A stretch of DNA of 64,000 nt from Spirochaetia bacterium (lineage in GTDB: Bacteria > Spirochaetota > Spirochaetia > UBA9216), in contig CAXXYH010000004.1 of the NCBI GenBank assembly GCA_963677925.2, forward strand, positions 960,001-1,024,000, written 5' to 3'. Under the pieces are notes generated by a model that was given only the letters and a program-made list of their open reading frames with translations, was not told where the DNA came from and ran no database searches. Shown here piece by piece: positions 10,601-19,580 of the stretch. Position 1 is the stretch's first letter, and the number at the start of each line of letters is the position of its first letter. Made by a program: the position numbers and the translations under genes.

Positions 10601-13600
10601 TGGAGTCAACAGGAAATGGAGCAATCAATCTTACAGCCGTCGGAAATGCTATTGAGGAAGCTGATAATTCAGCAAGGGTGGGAGCCGTAAATAGTACGAC
10701 TGTACTTACTTTGACTGCCGGTACAGACATAGGCACCCTGAATTCATTAAACACAAATGTAGGAAGTATAACTGCTTCTGCTGCAGCTGCCGGAGATATA
10801 AGCATAACCGAAGCCACGGATGTAACACTCACTTCCATTACAGCTGCAGCAGGCGATGTAAATATCGTATCGACAGCAGGAACTATCAATGTTGCTGCTG
10901 TAAGCGCATCAGGGACTGCTGCACTGACTGCAGCAGCCGGAAGTATCCTTGAGGCTGCCGCAACAGATGCCGCCTCGGATATTACCGCTGATTCAATATC
11001 ACTGACAGTACAGAATGCAATTGGAACTTCGGCAGCCGGAGAGGAGATTGAAATCAATCTCGGCGGCGGAAGCCTTGGGCTCACCACTACTGCAGCAGCA
11101 CCTTCAGGGAATATTTACATCGCCGAGACAAACGGTGTTCTAAGCAGTTCGCAGATTTCTTCGTCCACAGCAGGGGCCTCTGTTCAAACAATAATTATCT
11201 ATAACCGCAATGCCGGAATAACTGTAAATAATGCATGGAATCTTGGAAACGATGATCTCGAGCTGAGAGCCACAACTGCCGGTGATATAGCCTTTGTCGG
11301 CGGTTCTATTACCACAAGCGGTGATGTAAGTCTTGAATCTGCAGCCGGCGGAATTACCGATGATGATGGTACTGCGGATATAATATGCGGAAATCTCATT
11401 ATCGATGCAGATGCTGGTGTCGGAGATGCAAATATACTTGAAACAACAGTTTCTACCATAGACCTGGATAATAACACCACAGGTACAGTTCAGATCACCG
11501 AGAGTAACGGGCTGACAATCAACAAGCTGTATAATGTAAACAGAGCTGAAACCCTTGTTTCAACAGCCGGAAGCATACTCATCGGAAATTCAGTAATTCC
11601 GGCAATAAGCGCCGGTACATCAACTGTAACCCTGACAGCTGCTGCCGGAGAGATCTATGACTCTGCGGCTGCCGATACAGATATCGATATAAATGCGGAT
11701 ACTGTAGATCTTAACGCATCAACAGGAATCGGTGAAACAAACGAAATTGAACTCGCAAGCGTCACAACTCTTACTGCGGATACTTCTTCCGGAAATATCG
11801 ATATTGATCATACTGCCGATGCCGGACTGTCGGTTACAACGATGACAACAGGCGGGGCTTCAGCAATTGATTTTGATCAGATCGGAAACCAGAGCCTGAC
11901 ACTGGTCACTGTCACTGCTTCAAACGGAGATATAACTGTAACGAACACCGGCGGAACCGGTGCAGATACAGGCCTCGGCAGTATTACTGCGGATACAGCA
12001 GATGACACTGTGTCAATATCTGCATCAGGAGCAATTGTTGATTCAACCGCCTCTGATACAACCGCCGATGTCACTGCTGCGGTTATAATACTTTCGGCAG
12101 ATGATTCTGGAATAGGTCAGGATGCAAACGGGGCTGTCGACGTCAGGGCTGCAGTCGGTCTTTCCGCTGACAGTTCTGCAGACGGGAGCGACATCGCGCT
12201 TTATGATCCTGTTGGACCGACACCGGTTGTACTGCTTACAACAGGCGGTACGGGAAATATTGTCCTTACTTCCCTGAATGCGGTCACAGATCCAGGCGGA
12301 AATGCAGAGAATGATATAAGCGCAGCCGATCTTAACATTACCGCCCAGGGCGGAATAAATCTGGATACTGCTGTGTCAACAATGACGCTGAATGCACAGG
12401 CTGCAGGTTCGGTGACTATCAGGGAAACTGATGCAGTTACCTTTACCTCGGTTACGGCTTCAAACGGCCCGGTTACCCTTTCCACAGTTAATGCCGGCAA
12501 TATCGTTCTGACTAATATTGTCAGCAGCAACGATACAGATGTTAACGATATCAGCGTAACCGCAGCTAATGGTGATATTGAGGTTGATACAATTGATGCG
12601 CAGGGAAGTAATGCCGACATTAGCCTGACAACGGTAAACGGGGCAGTTACGAATACCGATTCAACCTCTGATGTAACCGGCGATGTTCTGACCATCAGTA
12701 CTGCAAACGGTACGGGTGTAAGTTTTGGGCAGGCGATCAGCACAACTGTAAATACATTAAATGTGGGTAATTCCGCAGGCGGTGATATCGCGATTGATGA
12801 ATCCGGCGCTGTTACAGTTACGGGACTGACCACAGTTGCAGGTGGAAATATCCGTCTGGATGCCGACGGTACTATTTCCCTGAACGGGGCAGGGGCTTCA
12901 GCCGCAGGTGCAGGAAGTGTAATCCTGACCGGTATAGGCGCCGGAAATAACCTTGACATAAATGCGGCTGTAAACGGAGGTACCGGAGCTGTAACTCTGA
13001 CCGGCGGCACCTCAATCGATACAAACAGCAATGTTACGACCTCAAACAATGCCATCCAGTTTGCAAGCAATACATATATAACTGATGATGCGACTGTTAC
13101 AGTCAGTACAGGTGCAGGCGTAGGCGGAACAATTACTTTCAGCGGAACACTCGATGGCGAGGGTTCTGATTTTACGGACAATCTTACCCTTATTGCCGGA
13201 ACCGGCAATATTGATTTTGATGCCGCTGTTGGAAGCTCGGTCGACATGGGCAATGTATTAATCAGCAGTGCTCTCGATGTGACAGCAGATGCAGCCTTCA
13301 GTGCAAACACTTTAACCCAGACAGCGGGCACAGGCGATACCCAGTTTGACGGTGCTGTAACGCTGCAGGCTGCCGGCGGTATGGATATAACAACCGATAC
13401 CGTAACGATCAACAGTACGATAAATACATTAACAGCCGGAAACGGAGGAACCGTAACAATAACCAATGCCGGTCTGCTTGATATAGCAGCAGGGGCAAAT
13501 ATGAGCCTTGATGGAGCCTTCCTGCAGGATGGTGCCGGAGATGTGGAGACAGCAGGTAATATTACAACTACAGATGATAATATTTATTTTACATCGAATG

Positions 13601-16600
13601 TAACACTTACTGATGACGGGACAGTATCGCTTAATACCGATACGGGTGCAGGAACAATAACTTTCAATGGGACACTCGACGGCGATGATGCCAACTTTGA
13701 TGACGACCTGAGTCTTGCAGCAGGAACCGGTAATATTGATTTTAACGGAATTGTCGGCGGAACAAATGATCTTGGCGATGTAAGTATCAGCAGCGCTGCA
13801 GATGTTACAGCGGATTTTGCCTTCAGTGCAAATACTTTTACTCAGACAGGCGGAACCGGAGACACTCAGTTCGATGGTGCTATAGTTCTTGAAGCCTCAG
13901 GCGGAATGGATATAACAACCAATACAGTTACGATCAACAGTACTATAGACACAGTCGCAGCCTTAAACGGCGGAACTGTAACCATAACCAATGCCGGACT
14001 TCTCGATATAGCACCGGGTGCTGACATATCGCTCGACGGTGCTTTCACACAGGATGGAGCCGGAGCTGTTCAGACTGCCGGAAATGTGACCACGACTCAG
14101 GATGATATCTATTTTACCTCAGCAGTAACTGTTACTGACGATGAGTCTATCGTTTTTGATACTGATATTAATGATACTGGCTCCATACAGGGAGATTTAA
14201 CATTTAATTCAACAGTCGGTACCAGCAGTGCTGATACCGGGATTCTATCTCTGGATTCAGGAATTGGAACCTTAACCCTGAATGGTGTTGTCGGCAGCGG
14301 GCTGATACCATTTCGATATGTGCTCATTCGCGGTGCAGGAAACTGTACATCCACGGCGGCTACGATAGATATGAGCGCACAGGATCTGTATATAGATGCC
14401 AATGGCTACACACTGGTTCTGCAGAAACATCTTTCAGCCGATAATTTAATCTTTTACGACGGAACCCTAAACCTGAATGCAAGAACTCTGACAACAGGTG
14501 GTGATCTTGCTGTATTCGGCGGAACCTACACAGCATTTGATTCTGCCAGAAGCGGAACACATGCTAATAATACCTACTTTGCATACCCAGAAATCAGTAC
14601 GCTTGCATACTATCCTTCAGGTGATGTTTACAATTCTGCTGATGGTCTTTTTTATACTGATGTATTTTATTTAACACAGGTTCTTACAGGTGCTGCCTTT
14701 GCCAATCTTAACGGCTCAACTATTAATGCAGGCGGCAATTTCTATGTTAACGGCGCGGATCTACCGGCAACCGCAGTATGGAATCTTAATATAAATGATA
14801 ATTCCCTGGTAACAGGTCTCGATACAGCTCCGGGCGATAACTTAACCGACTGGCCCTACGGCACAAACTATGCGGTTGTTTTCAGATCCGCTGTGGATTA
14901 CTGTAACGCTTCGAATTGGCTTGGTGTTGATCCCCAGAACGGAAACACGGACGGCGGGAATAATGTTGCAAACGTAGATTCAACCTTTCCCGAGATTTTA
15001 AATTATGAGACTGTCTTTGATAATGTAATAAGAGTTACATTCACAGAGGCAATTGAAAACGATAATGATGAAATATCCGCCGCTGTTTCAAACGTCTATG
15101 TCGACGGAAACTCCGGACTTACTTTCAGTGCCTCATATATTGATGCTGATGATGCTGCTCCGTTTAATTTCACAACCACAGACGGTGCGGGAGATCTTAC
15201 CACCTTCTATCTTCAGATAAACAGAGCCACAGCAACATGGAATACTGACGCAACCGGAACAAGCGACGGTAATGCCGGAAGCTCGGACCGCGAAGGAACC
15301 CATCAGGCAATTTCAGCATCACTGTCAATGCTGAAGGGCTCTTTCTTTGATGCAGATGGTCATAACCATGTCCGGAATTATGGACTTAATACCGAGGATA
15401 TCGCTGACGGATCTACGAATGAAACCTTCGCGGACGAGTGCCGGCCGTCCCTTGTCGCAGTTGTTGCCGGCCGCGTAAACCATCAGGCTGCCGCAGTCGA
15501 TGAAATCTATGACGGCCACAACTTCCTTCACCTGAGATACTCTGAACCTGTTGATATCGGAGATGATGTTAATTATGCAATTAGTGCGGGCGCGCCTCCG
15601 GCAAATGATCGTGCAGATGAGACCTTTGGAACCGGTGAGCACGGAGGTCATATTGTTCAGAATGGTGCAGATGTTGATGTCGTAGGCTACTTCTCATATA
15701 CAGGTACTTTTCAGTCCGGCAGCCGTGACGGTAATCCGGCAATTACTTCGCTCTATAGAAGCGGTGCAGAGAATCCATCCGGAGATTTCGGAATAACTCT
15801 ATATGTAGCGGGCTGGCGAACTGATGATACAGCTCTCTGGCCGGGTTACCTGGGGGATCCTGCAGAAACTCTTTTAAGTCACAGTGTAAATACCGATGTA
15901 TCAGCCGGAGGAGTTTCTATTAACGCACTATCAAACAGTTTTATTATAGATGCGCTAGGAAATGAAATTGAACCCTATGATGAGACATATCGTAATGCAT
16001 CAGTAACTTATCTGACTGATCCTATAGCAGATCCGGTTATCACAACAGCGGTTTCCGATATTCTTGTGAGCGGTACAACAAGTCTGCCGAATATTGATAT
16101 GCCGGCCGACCATATCACAGGATGGGATGTTGAGCCGCCTATTTTTTCGGTCTATGATGATACGGTTACTCCAAATACATATGAAATTATTTCGATAGCC
16201 AACGTGACTACAGGAAAGATTGAAAGACTGGAGTTCTTTATTAGGGATAATGAGACTTCTCAGGGAGGGTTCACCCAGGCTGTTGATGCAGGGATTGTAC
16301 ACCCGGAAGCCGGCGCAAACCTCGGAGTACGCGATGCTACTTGTGCCATTGATGCGGCAAACTCGATTGATCCTTATACCGCATTCTCTATAGCCGATGT
16401 AAATGATGCAGGTTTGACAGCCGGGTATAATACCGGTATTACTACTACGGTTCAGGATGCCTCGATCTTTCTTGGTCCGATTACGGCTGCTGATGATTCA
16501 TACTTTGCACTGACTCTGAATGATCTGCATAACTGGAATACCCGTACAGCTCTTCAGATAAAGTACGATGCATCGATCGGATATATAACCGATCTTGCAG

Positions 16601-17721
16601 GAAACCTCATACCTACCACTTCAATTTCTCTTTCCGGTGTTGAGCGTATTCCTCCGTATATTGAACTGGCCCTCGGTGCAGTCGGAGATAAAAAGATTTA
16701 TATCAGGTTCTCAGAGCCTGTTTTCGGTGCAGGCTTTGTTGATGTTGCAGAAACGGATTTCAGTTTCAGCGGTACAACAAATTCTCTTGATGGAATTACT
16801 GCAATAAGCTATCTAAGCGGAGGACTGCTGGAAGCATGGTTTAACCTTGATTCAAGCCTTACTGCCAATGAAATCCTGCAGGCAAAGATTGTACCCCAGG
16901 CAACTCAGATCTACGATAAGCTGGGTAATGCAATGGAAGTTACATCTATTCACCGCTTCTCCGATATCGGTATCGGAGTTATGAACCCGATATGGGCGGC
17001 TGACAGCCTGCATAATGACTCTCTGTACGGAACAGATACAAGTCTGAGAGTTTTTGACGGTACTGGTTATCTGACAGACAGCAACATTACACTTGAAGCC
17101 TCAATCCTTGCAGACAGTTTTACCGGTCTTTCGGCCAGTCTGTATTATGATGTTGATCCGTCAGACTCTGTTCTCAATGACGGATTCTGGCTTCCAAGCT
17201 ATAACAATGCACTTGTTCCTGCAGCAAATACAGCCGCCAGAGGTCTTAATCCTTACAGCAGCAGTGCCGGTGTAAGAAGATTTACGATTCCATCGGATGA
17301 TTCGGAGATTGAATCGGGTAATGAGGTTCAGTTCCTTCTGAAAGTCGGTGATCTCTTCTGTGCGAATCTTCTTGATAAGGATGATCCCAGAACGATTGTT
17401 CCCTGGAGTTTTTCAATAAAGGATATAAAGAAGCAGGCAGCAGGAGTGACTATACTTAATAATGTCATCAATCCTGTGGAAGGAGAGAAGACCGTTCTTA
17501 CTTATGACCTGCCGAATGCCGGAATGGTTACCGTTAATGTCTTTAATATGGCCGGTGATCTGGTTAAGGTTATTCATCGCGGAGCACAGGGTACCGGCAC
17601 ATACAACTTCAGCTGGGACGGAACAAACCGGGCCGGTAATATCGTTGCCAGGGGGATTTATTTCATAAGAATAGTTGCCCCGGGAATTGATGAGTATAGA
17701 AAGGTTATGATTGTTAAATAG
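4666..17721 (+). CDS. Giant (~4350 aa) secreted repetitive surface protein/adhesin: Ig-like repeats, beta-helix-like stalk, C-terminal FlgD-Ig domain
   Basis: Single uninterrupted ORF (track start 4645; 4666 gives a cleaner Sec signal RKRIKLLLL...LSA). Rich in T/G/A/D/S; Ig-repeat motifs D.TAP...TD.AGN; C-terminal WDGTN.AG..VA.G.Y. Confidence 0.85.
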   Translation: MLFNRKRIKLLLLTSIFSICFIAFLSAVPNIQTTDMTISGASGTGSVFITGDTIVVEWDSTNSPQNYAPPASNDITAVSVDFSQFGGGAAVAAVDDGSGDDTASGDGIWTASYTIVAGAIDSAAVRITVTATNLDGTTGPVDNGADLSCDNQSPAVTDGNLSISGATGTGSVFISGDTVTVTWNNTAGGDNNGDISSATADFTEFGGGAAVAMANAAETWTAGYALLDGIDTSNLNVSITATDDAGNTTTVADTSNADVDTTAPAGYTVAIADVDGYINASEVASLDFDFTGAEVGADYSYTYTSSGGGGPVTGSGTIATATDTINDDLSTLNDGTITLTVALTDPAGNTGADATDTSVLDTAAPGAFTAGTVTATGGTVTANYWNSTNTGITVTIPIANDTSLSGGTVQLQGFATGGAWENLAGAIAIGGGDINTNKDHTATAAELEALSGFGEGDTVQLRAVITDVAGNSTTGTASATTLTVDQTVPAGYTVAIADVDGYINTSEVASLDFDFTGAEVGADYSYTYSSGGGGGPVTGSGTIATATDTINDDLSALNDGTVTLTVALTDPAGNTGADATDTSELDTAAPGAFTAGAVTATGGTVTANYWNSTNTGITVTIPIANDASLSGGTVQLQGFATGGAWENLAGAIAIGGGDINSNKDHTATAVQLEALTNFGEGDTVQLRAVITDVAGNSTTGSASATTLTVDQIVPTAFTAGAVTATGGTVTANYWNSTNTGLTVTIPIANDASLSGGTVQLQGFATGGAWENLAGAIAIGGGDINTNKDHTATAAELEALSGFGEGDTVQLRAVITDIAGNSTTGSTSATTLTVDQVLPTLAPVHIQSDNADTATAKIQDTITLTFTSSETLSALPVVTVTSLLRAATESSLGGDDYQADYQLLPADRTIAEAAVTFTIDFSDTAGNAGTQVTAVTDASSVTFYRECNWGGSSGGGWSVAGNWVEGYVPAAADDVVIASGYPVLSVDSSGEDVIVSAGAELWTGTNNLSISSIDLQGTAILRRSGGTNVSATDTDSGTVRYTGGGAVQEYGVTDYFDLELNAAAAFTVGTSLTTADNLIITNSTGVDFGAGVTVTSGSNQIDIISSTGTIRFREALTVDNLNVGAAGYSVRMDSGCTITNAVNFQNTTSVILSGTCNFNGGMSTGTSLTLNGDIITTADNVSVAGISLTGASSIDTGAAGGNIQISGSVAGSGANRDFTIDAGTGSVTLGGVLTTNINNLIITGTGAGIALPAVTTAGGLTCTVGGDITQGAALSISGAAAFEAGAGNDITLINGSNAFNTLTFTNSANVNISEPAAFTVGAGASAYSGTLTLNAGTALTVSGNITGSGAGTVSLTAGTGAMIINDGAAVDAGSGTITVSTGTDLTLGRLVTTSAGAPAIDMTVGGEVIDGGDTGGSDIAAGGELQINALDGIGSSGANGAVETDVVSLDLSLSAAGDIDIIENNDVLIIDITAANGNVTLTGGGAITVNANDAVADVSGNTISLSSNGDIGTAASSIELDISTALNADSTSANGDIYLDSLGAFPVGLIDAGTGDVEVTATGGITDAAGDAAADIAANILWVNAPASFALDTSVTVIRGTVTGSFTVDEVSAIQLGNAAGGISSGTGALSIEADGSITTGNAVSSGANQNLTLTTTGNGDTITLGHAVSAGGSGIVDINSGDDFTLNDGIVLGSGTGNITVDTLNGGVLTVNGSITTAGAGTINLTSVDAVVMDTTSLIQTVNGQIDVSAGATGLTVDVIEAAGGSAAINLTAVGSAIEEADNTALIGAAGSTTVLTLSAGTDIGAGSALNTNVGTLVASAGGILSINESTAIILGAGSGVSSSGGDVTIQAAGAMTTGNSITTTGANGAITLTSTGTNPITLSNTVTANGSGNIDINSSSAFTLADGVVMSSTSGDLTVDTTGANALLIYGNITTGLTGTIDITGTDAVTMDASSLIQTAAGQIDISAGANGLTVDVVESTGNGAINLTAVGNAIEEADNSARVGAVNSTTVLTLTAGTDIGTLNSLNTNVGSITASAAAAGDISITEATDVTLTSITAAAGDVNIVSTAGTINVAAVSASGTAALTAAAGSILEAAATDAASDITADSISLTVQNAIGTSAAGEEIEINLGGGSLGLTTTAAAPSGNIYIAETNGVLSSSQISSSTAGASVQTIIIYNRNAGITVNNAWNLGNDDLELRATTAGDIAFVGGSITTSGDVSLESAAGGITDDDGTADIICGNLIIDADAGVGDANILETTVSTIDLDNNTTGTVQITESNGLTINKLYNVNRAETLVSTAGSILIGNSVIPAISAGTSTVTLTAAAGEIYDSAAADTDIDINADTVDLNASTGIGETNEIELASVTTLTADTSSGNIDIDHTADAGLSVTTMTTGGASAIDFDQIGNQSLTLVTVTASNGDITVTNTGGTGADTGLGSITADTADDTVSISASGAIVDSTASDTTADVTAAVIILSADDSGIGQDANGAVDVRAAVGLSADSSADGSDIALYDPVGPTPVVLLTTGGTGNIVLTSLNAVTDPGGNAENDISAADLNITAQGGINLDTAVSTMTLNAQAAGSVTIRETDAVTFTSVTASNGPVTLSTVNAGNIVLTNIVSSNDTDVNDISVTAANGDIEVDTIDAQGSNADISLTTVNGAVTNTDSTSDVTGDVLTISTANGTGVSFGQAISTTVNTLNVGNSAGGDIAIDESGAVTVTGLTTVAGGNIRLDADGTISLNGAGASAAGAGSVILTGIGAGNNLDINAAVNGGTGAVTLTGGTSIDTNSNVTTSNNAIQFASNTYITDDATVTVSTGAGVGGTITFSGTLDGEGSDFTDNLTLIAGTGNIDFDAAVGSSVDMGNVLISSALDVTADAAFSANTLTQTAGTGDTQFDGAVTLQAAGGMDITTDTVTINSTINTLTAGNGGTVTITNAGLLDIAAGANMSLDGAFLQDGAGDVETAGNITTTDDNIYFTSNVTLTDDGTVSLNTDTGAGTITFNGTLDGDDANFDDDLSLAAGTGNIDFNGIVGGTNDLGDVSISSAADVTADFAFSANTFTQTGGTGDTQFDGAIVLEASGGMDITTNTVTINSTIDTVAALNGGTVTITNAGLLDIAPGADISLDGAFTQDGAGAVQTAGNVTTTQDDIYFTSAVTVTDDESIVFDTDINDTGSIQGDLTFNSTVGTSSADTGILSLDSGIGTLTLNGVVGSGLIPFRYVLIRGAGNCTSTAATIDMSAQDLYIDANGYTLVLQKHLSADNLIFYDGTLNLNARTLTTGGDLAVFGGTYTAFDSARSGTHANNTYFAYPEISTLAYYPSGDVYNSADGLFYTDVFYLTQVLTGAAFANLNGSTINAGGNFYVNGADLPATAVWNLNINDNSLVTGLDTAPGDNLTDWPYGTNYAVVFRSAVDYCNASNWLGVDPQNGNTDGGNNVANVDSTFPEILNYETVFDNVIRVTFTEAIENDNDEISAAVSNVYVDGNSGLTFSASYIDADDAAPFNFTTTDGAGDLTTFYLQINRATATWNTDATGTSDGNAGSSDREGTHQAISASLSMLKGSFFDADGHNHVRNYGLNTEDIADGSTNETFADECRPSLVAVVAGRVNHQAAAVDEIYDGHNFLHLRYSEPVDIGDDVNYAISAGAPPANDRADETFGTGEHGGHIVQNGADVDVVGYFSYTGTFQSGSRDGNPAITSLYRSGAENPSGDFGITLYVAGWRTDDTALWPGYLGDPAETLLSHSVNTDVSAGGVSINALSNSFIIDALGNEIEPYDETYRNASVTYLTDPIADPVITTAVSDILVSGTTSLPNIDMPADHITGWDVEPPIFSVYDDTVTPNTYEIISIANVTTGKIERLEFFIRDNETSQGGFTQAVDAGIVHPEAGANLGVRDATCAIDAANSIDPYTAFSIADVNDAGLTAGYNTGITTTVQDASIFLGPITAADDSYFALTLNDLHNWNTRTALQIKYDASIGYITDLAGNLIPTTSISLSGVERIPPYIELALGAVGDKKIYIRFSEPVFGAGFVDVAETDFSFSGTTNSLDGITAISYLSGGLLEAWFNLDSSLTANEILQAKIVPQATQIYDKLGNAMEVTSIHRFSDIGIGVMNPIWAADSLHNDSLYGTDTSLRVFDGTGYLTDSNITLEASILADSFTGLSASLYYDVDPSDSVLNDGFWLPSYNNALVPAANTAARGLNPYSSSAGVRRFTIPSDDSEIESGNEVQFLLKVGDLFCANLLDKDDPRTIVPWSFSIKDIKKQAAGVTILNNVINPVEGEKTVLTYDLPNAGMVTVNVFNMAGDLVKVIHRGAQGTGTYNFSWDGTNRAGNIVARGIYFIRIVAPGIDEYRKVMIVK
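5443..7164 (+). repeat. Intragenic tandem Ig-like modules A-B-A-B-B (A=303 bp at 5443, 6118; B=372 bp at 5746, 6421, 6793)
   Basis: Near-identical DNA/protein copies read directly (A: PAGYTVAIADVDGYIN...; B: FTAG.VTATGGTVTANYWNSTNTG...). Confidence 0.95.
9523..10790 (+). repeat. Diverged tandem duplication, ~219-aa period, in the giant protein
   Basis: SLIQT..GQID.SAGA.GLTVDV.E...G..AINLTAVG.AIEEADN.A..GA..STTVLTL.AGTDIG....LNTNVG occurs twice about 657 bp apart. Confidence 0.85.
13081..14133 (+). repeat. Tandem duplication, ~175-aa period, in the giant protein
   Basis: Units start at 13081 and 13609: TDD.TV...GTITF.GTLDG...AGTGNIDF...FSANT.TQT.GTGDTQFDGA...GGMDITT...NGGTVTITNAGLLDIA. Confidence 0.9.
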
Positions 17722-17722
17722 T

Positions 17723-18862
17723 TCAGAACTCTGAGTCAGGGGAATAATAAAGTTCCGGTGTTGATACAAGTATTGACCCTGAATCAATGCCGGAAGCTCC
17801 TGCTGTGATATCACCCGGACTAATCTGCAGTTTGATTACAGCGGTATCCTCCCAGTAGGGTACGGTAATCTGAAGCTCGGCATCTATATAAATCTCTGTC
17901 CATTCGGAAAATGAGGAATAATCAGAAGCACTGAATGCAAGGCTGTTGGCCCGGGATGCAAGTCCTTCATCATCAAGAGAGCTGATTGAAAGCGAAACTG
18001 CATCAGCAGCAAATGTATTCGAAACGCCGGCATTCGGATCGGCCTTGACCCGGACGCTGAATCTGTACCAGCCTGAGATTAAATCAAGTGAGTCGACTCT
18101 GCTTTCATCGTAATATGGTATTTCAATTGAAATGTTCTGATCCTGATCGGATTTTACAATTCTGAAGTTATCAATATACCCTGCCTGGAGGGTTACGTCG
18201 CTGAGGTTGATTTGAAAAATTTCGCTGTCGGCAGTATGTATTAAAAATTCTGTAAGGGATATAGATGAAAAATCGGAAGGAAATGAGAATACAGTATCCT
18301 TCTGAAGAAGGTTTGCCGAATATGTAGTTACATTTCCTGAACCGGATGTGTCTTCAATTCTGAAATAATAGTTTCCGGTGTTATCTCCCGACAGGTCGAA
18401 TCTAAGCAGGTAGTTTGAGTCGGTAATAGCTCCGTCAGATATCGTGTTTACATCGTAAGTAAGGTATTCTCCGATCCCCTCGTCAAACCTCAGAGCTTGT
18501 CCGTCAATAGGGGAGCCCGATTCCACTCCGTCACCTGCATCGGCATTGGAGTTGTCCCAACCTGCAGGAAATGAGTTGGTGTCAGGTGTGGTTGCTTCAA
18601 AATCTCCGTCGGGAACCAGGTTAAGATTTTCAATGCGGTAAATTGCAGCTGCCGCATCAGGAAGCCCGGAGGTTCCGGCAACTGCAGCTGTTACAGTGCT
18701 GTAATCCATGTAGGTAGTGCTGACTGAAAGTGTCCAGTCTGCCAGGCTCAGGTGCTGTATGAGATCCTTGCTGTCATACCTTGTAAAATAATCGTATGAG
18801 CATCCTGTTAACAGTGCCATGAATGAGAATAATGTGACTATCGTAAGGTGTGTTTTTTTCAT
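17723..18862 (-). CDS. Hypothetical lipoprotein with possible carbohydrate-binding jelly-roll domain
   Basis: Lipobox LLTGC after a basic/hydrophobic signal; NLVPDGDFE resembles CBM4/9-type N-termini; acidic and beta-rich. Confidence 0.7.
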   Translation of the reverse strand: MKKTHLTIVTLFSFMALLTGCSYDYFTRYDSKDLIQHLSLADWTLSVSTTYMDYSTVTAAVAGTSGLPDAAAAIYRIENLNLVPDGDFEATTPDTNSFPAGWDNSNADAGDGVESGSPIDGQALRFDEGIGEYLTYDVNTISDGAITDSNYLLRFDLSGDNTGNYYFRIEDTSGSGNVTTYSANLLQKDTVFSFPSDFSSISLTEFLIHTADSEIFQINLSDVTLQAGYIDNFRIVKSDQDQNISIEIPYYDESRVDSLDLISGWYRFSVRVKADPNAGVSNTFAADAVSLSISSLDDEGLASRANSLAFSASDYSSFSEWTEIYIDAELQITVPYWEDTAVIKLQISPGDITAGASGIDSGSILVSTPELYYSPDSEF

Positions 18863-18968
18863 ATTTACTTACATTATATCATTTTCCGGCAAAATATCAT
18901 GCGATTTCAATTAGAAAAATTTTAAGCATTTTTCCGAAATTATGATACATTATATATACGGCAATTTT

Positions 18969-19577
18969 ATGAAAAACAGTTACTTAATATTTTTAACATG
19001 TATAATAGCTTTTGTTTCGGGGTGTTCTGATATAGAGATGCCGGCTGTGACTGCAGATACGTACGAATACAAAGTAAGCGGATTTGACGGAGCTACTGCC
19101 GACATATCATATCGTGATGGAGATAACCTGATAGTTGAACTGACCGGAGAGGAACTGCCCTGGACTTCAGGTGTATTTACTGCAGGTGATGAGTTTACCG
19201 GCCATCTTTACCTGAAAGCTGATGTCGTCAGAGACGCGGTTTTCATCTCCTTTGCCAGCGGCACAGCTGATACCTACGGAGCTGCAAAGCTTATAGATTC
19301 TACCGCGGCATTCACGACTTCCGGAATCGTTGAAGGTGATATCATCTATCAAAGTGCGACATCCATGTCATACGCTAAAGTTCTTTCAATAGATTCAGAT
19401 ACCACACTGTCTCTAAATACCGATTTATTCAGTTCCGTTCCTGAAACTTATTACATCTACCATGTTAAAGACCTTACGGGTCAGATTCTTCAGAATGATG
19501 AAGTGGTCGAGAGTGAGCTGGCAGAAAATGAAAAGGTTCTTTCGGTTTATGTTGTCAAAACCGTGTCTGAAGAATAA
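18969..19577 (+). CDS. Hypothetical lipoprotein
   Basis: Start MKNSY gives a signal with lipobox FVSGC; first gene of an apparent 3-gene operon. Confidence 0.7.
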   Translation: MKNSYLIFLTCIIAFVSGCSDIEMPAVTADTYEYKVSGFDGATADISYRDGDNLIVELTGEELPWTSGVFTAGDEFTGHLYLKADVVRDAVFISFASGTADTYGAAKLIDSTAAFTTSGIVEGDIIYQSATSMSYAKVLSIDSDTTLSLNTDLFSSVPETYYIYHVKDLTGQILQNDEVVESELAENEKVLSVYVVKTVSEE

Positions 19578-19580
19578 TCT

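Noticed and set aside
8937-13466. Long antisense ORFs (223, 492, 421 aa) opposite the giant gene
   Set aside because: Shadow frames caused by the Thr/Ala/Gly/Asp codon bias of the real gene; the translations are low-complexity P/A/V/S with no RBS or motifs
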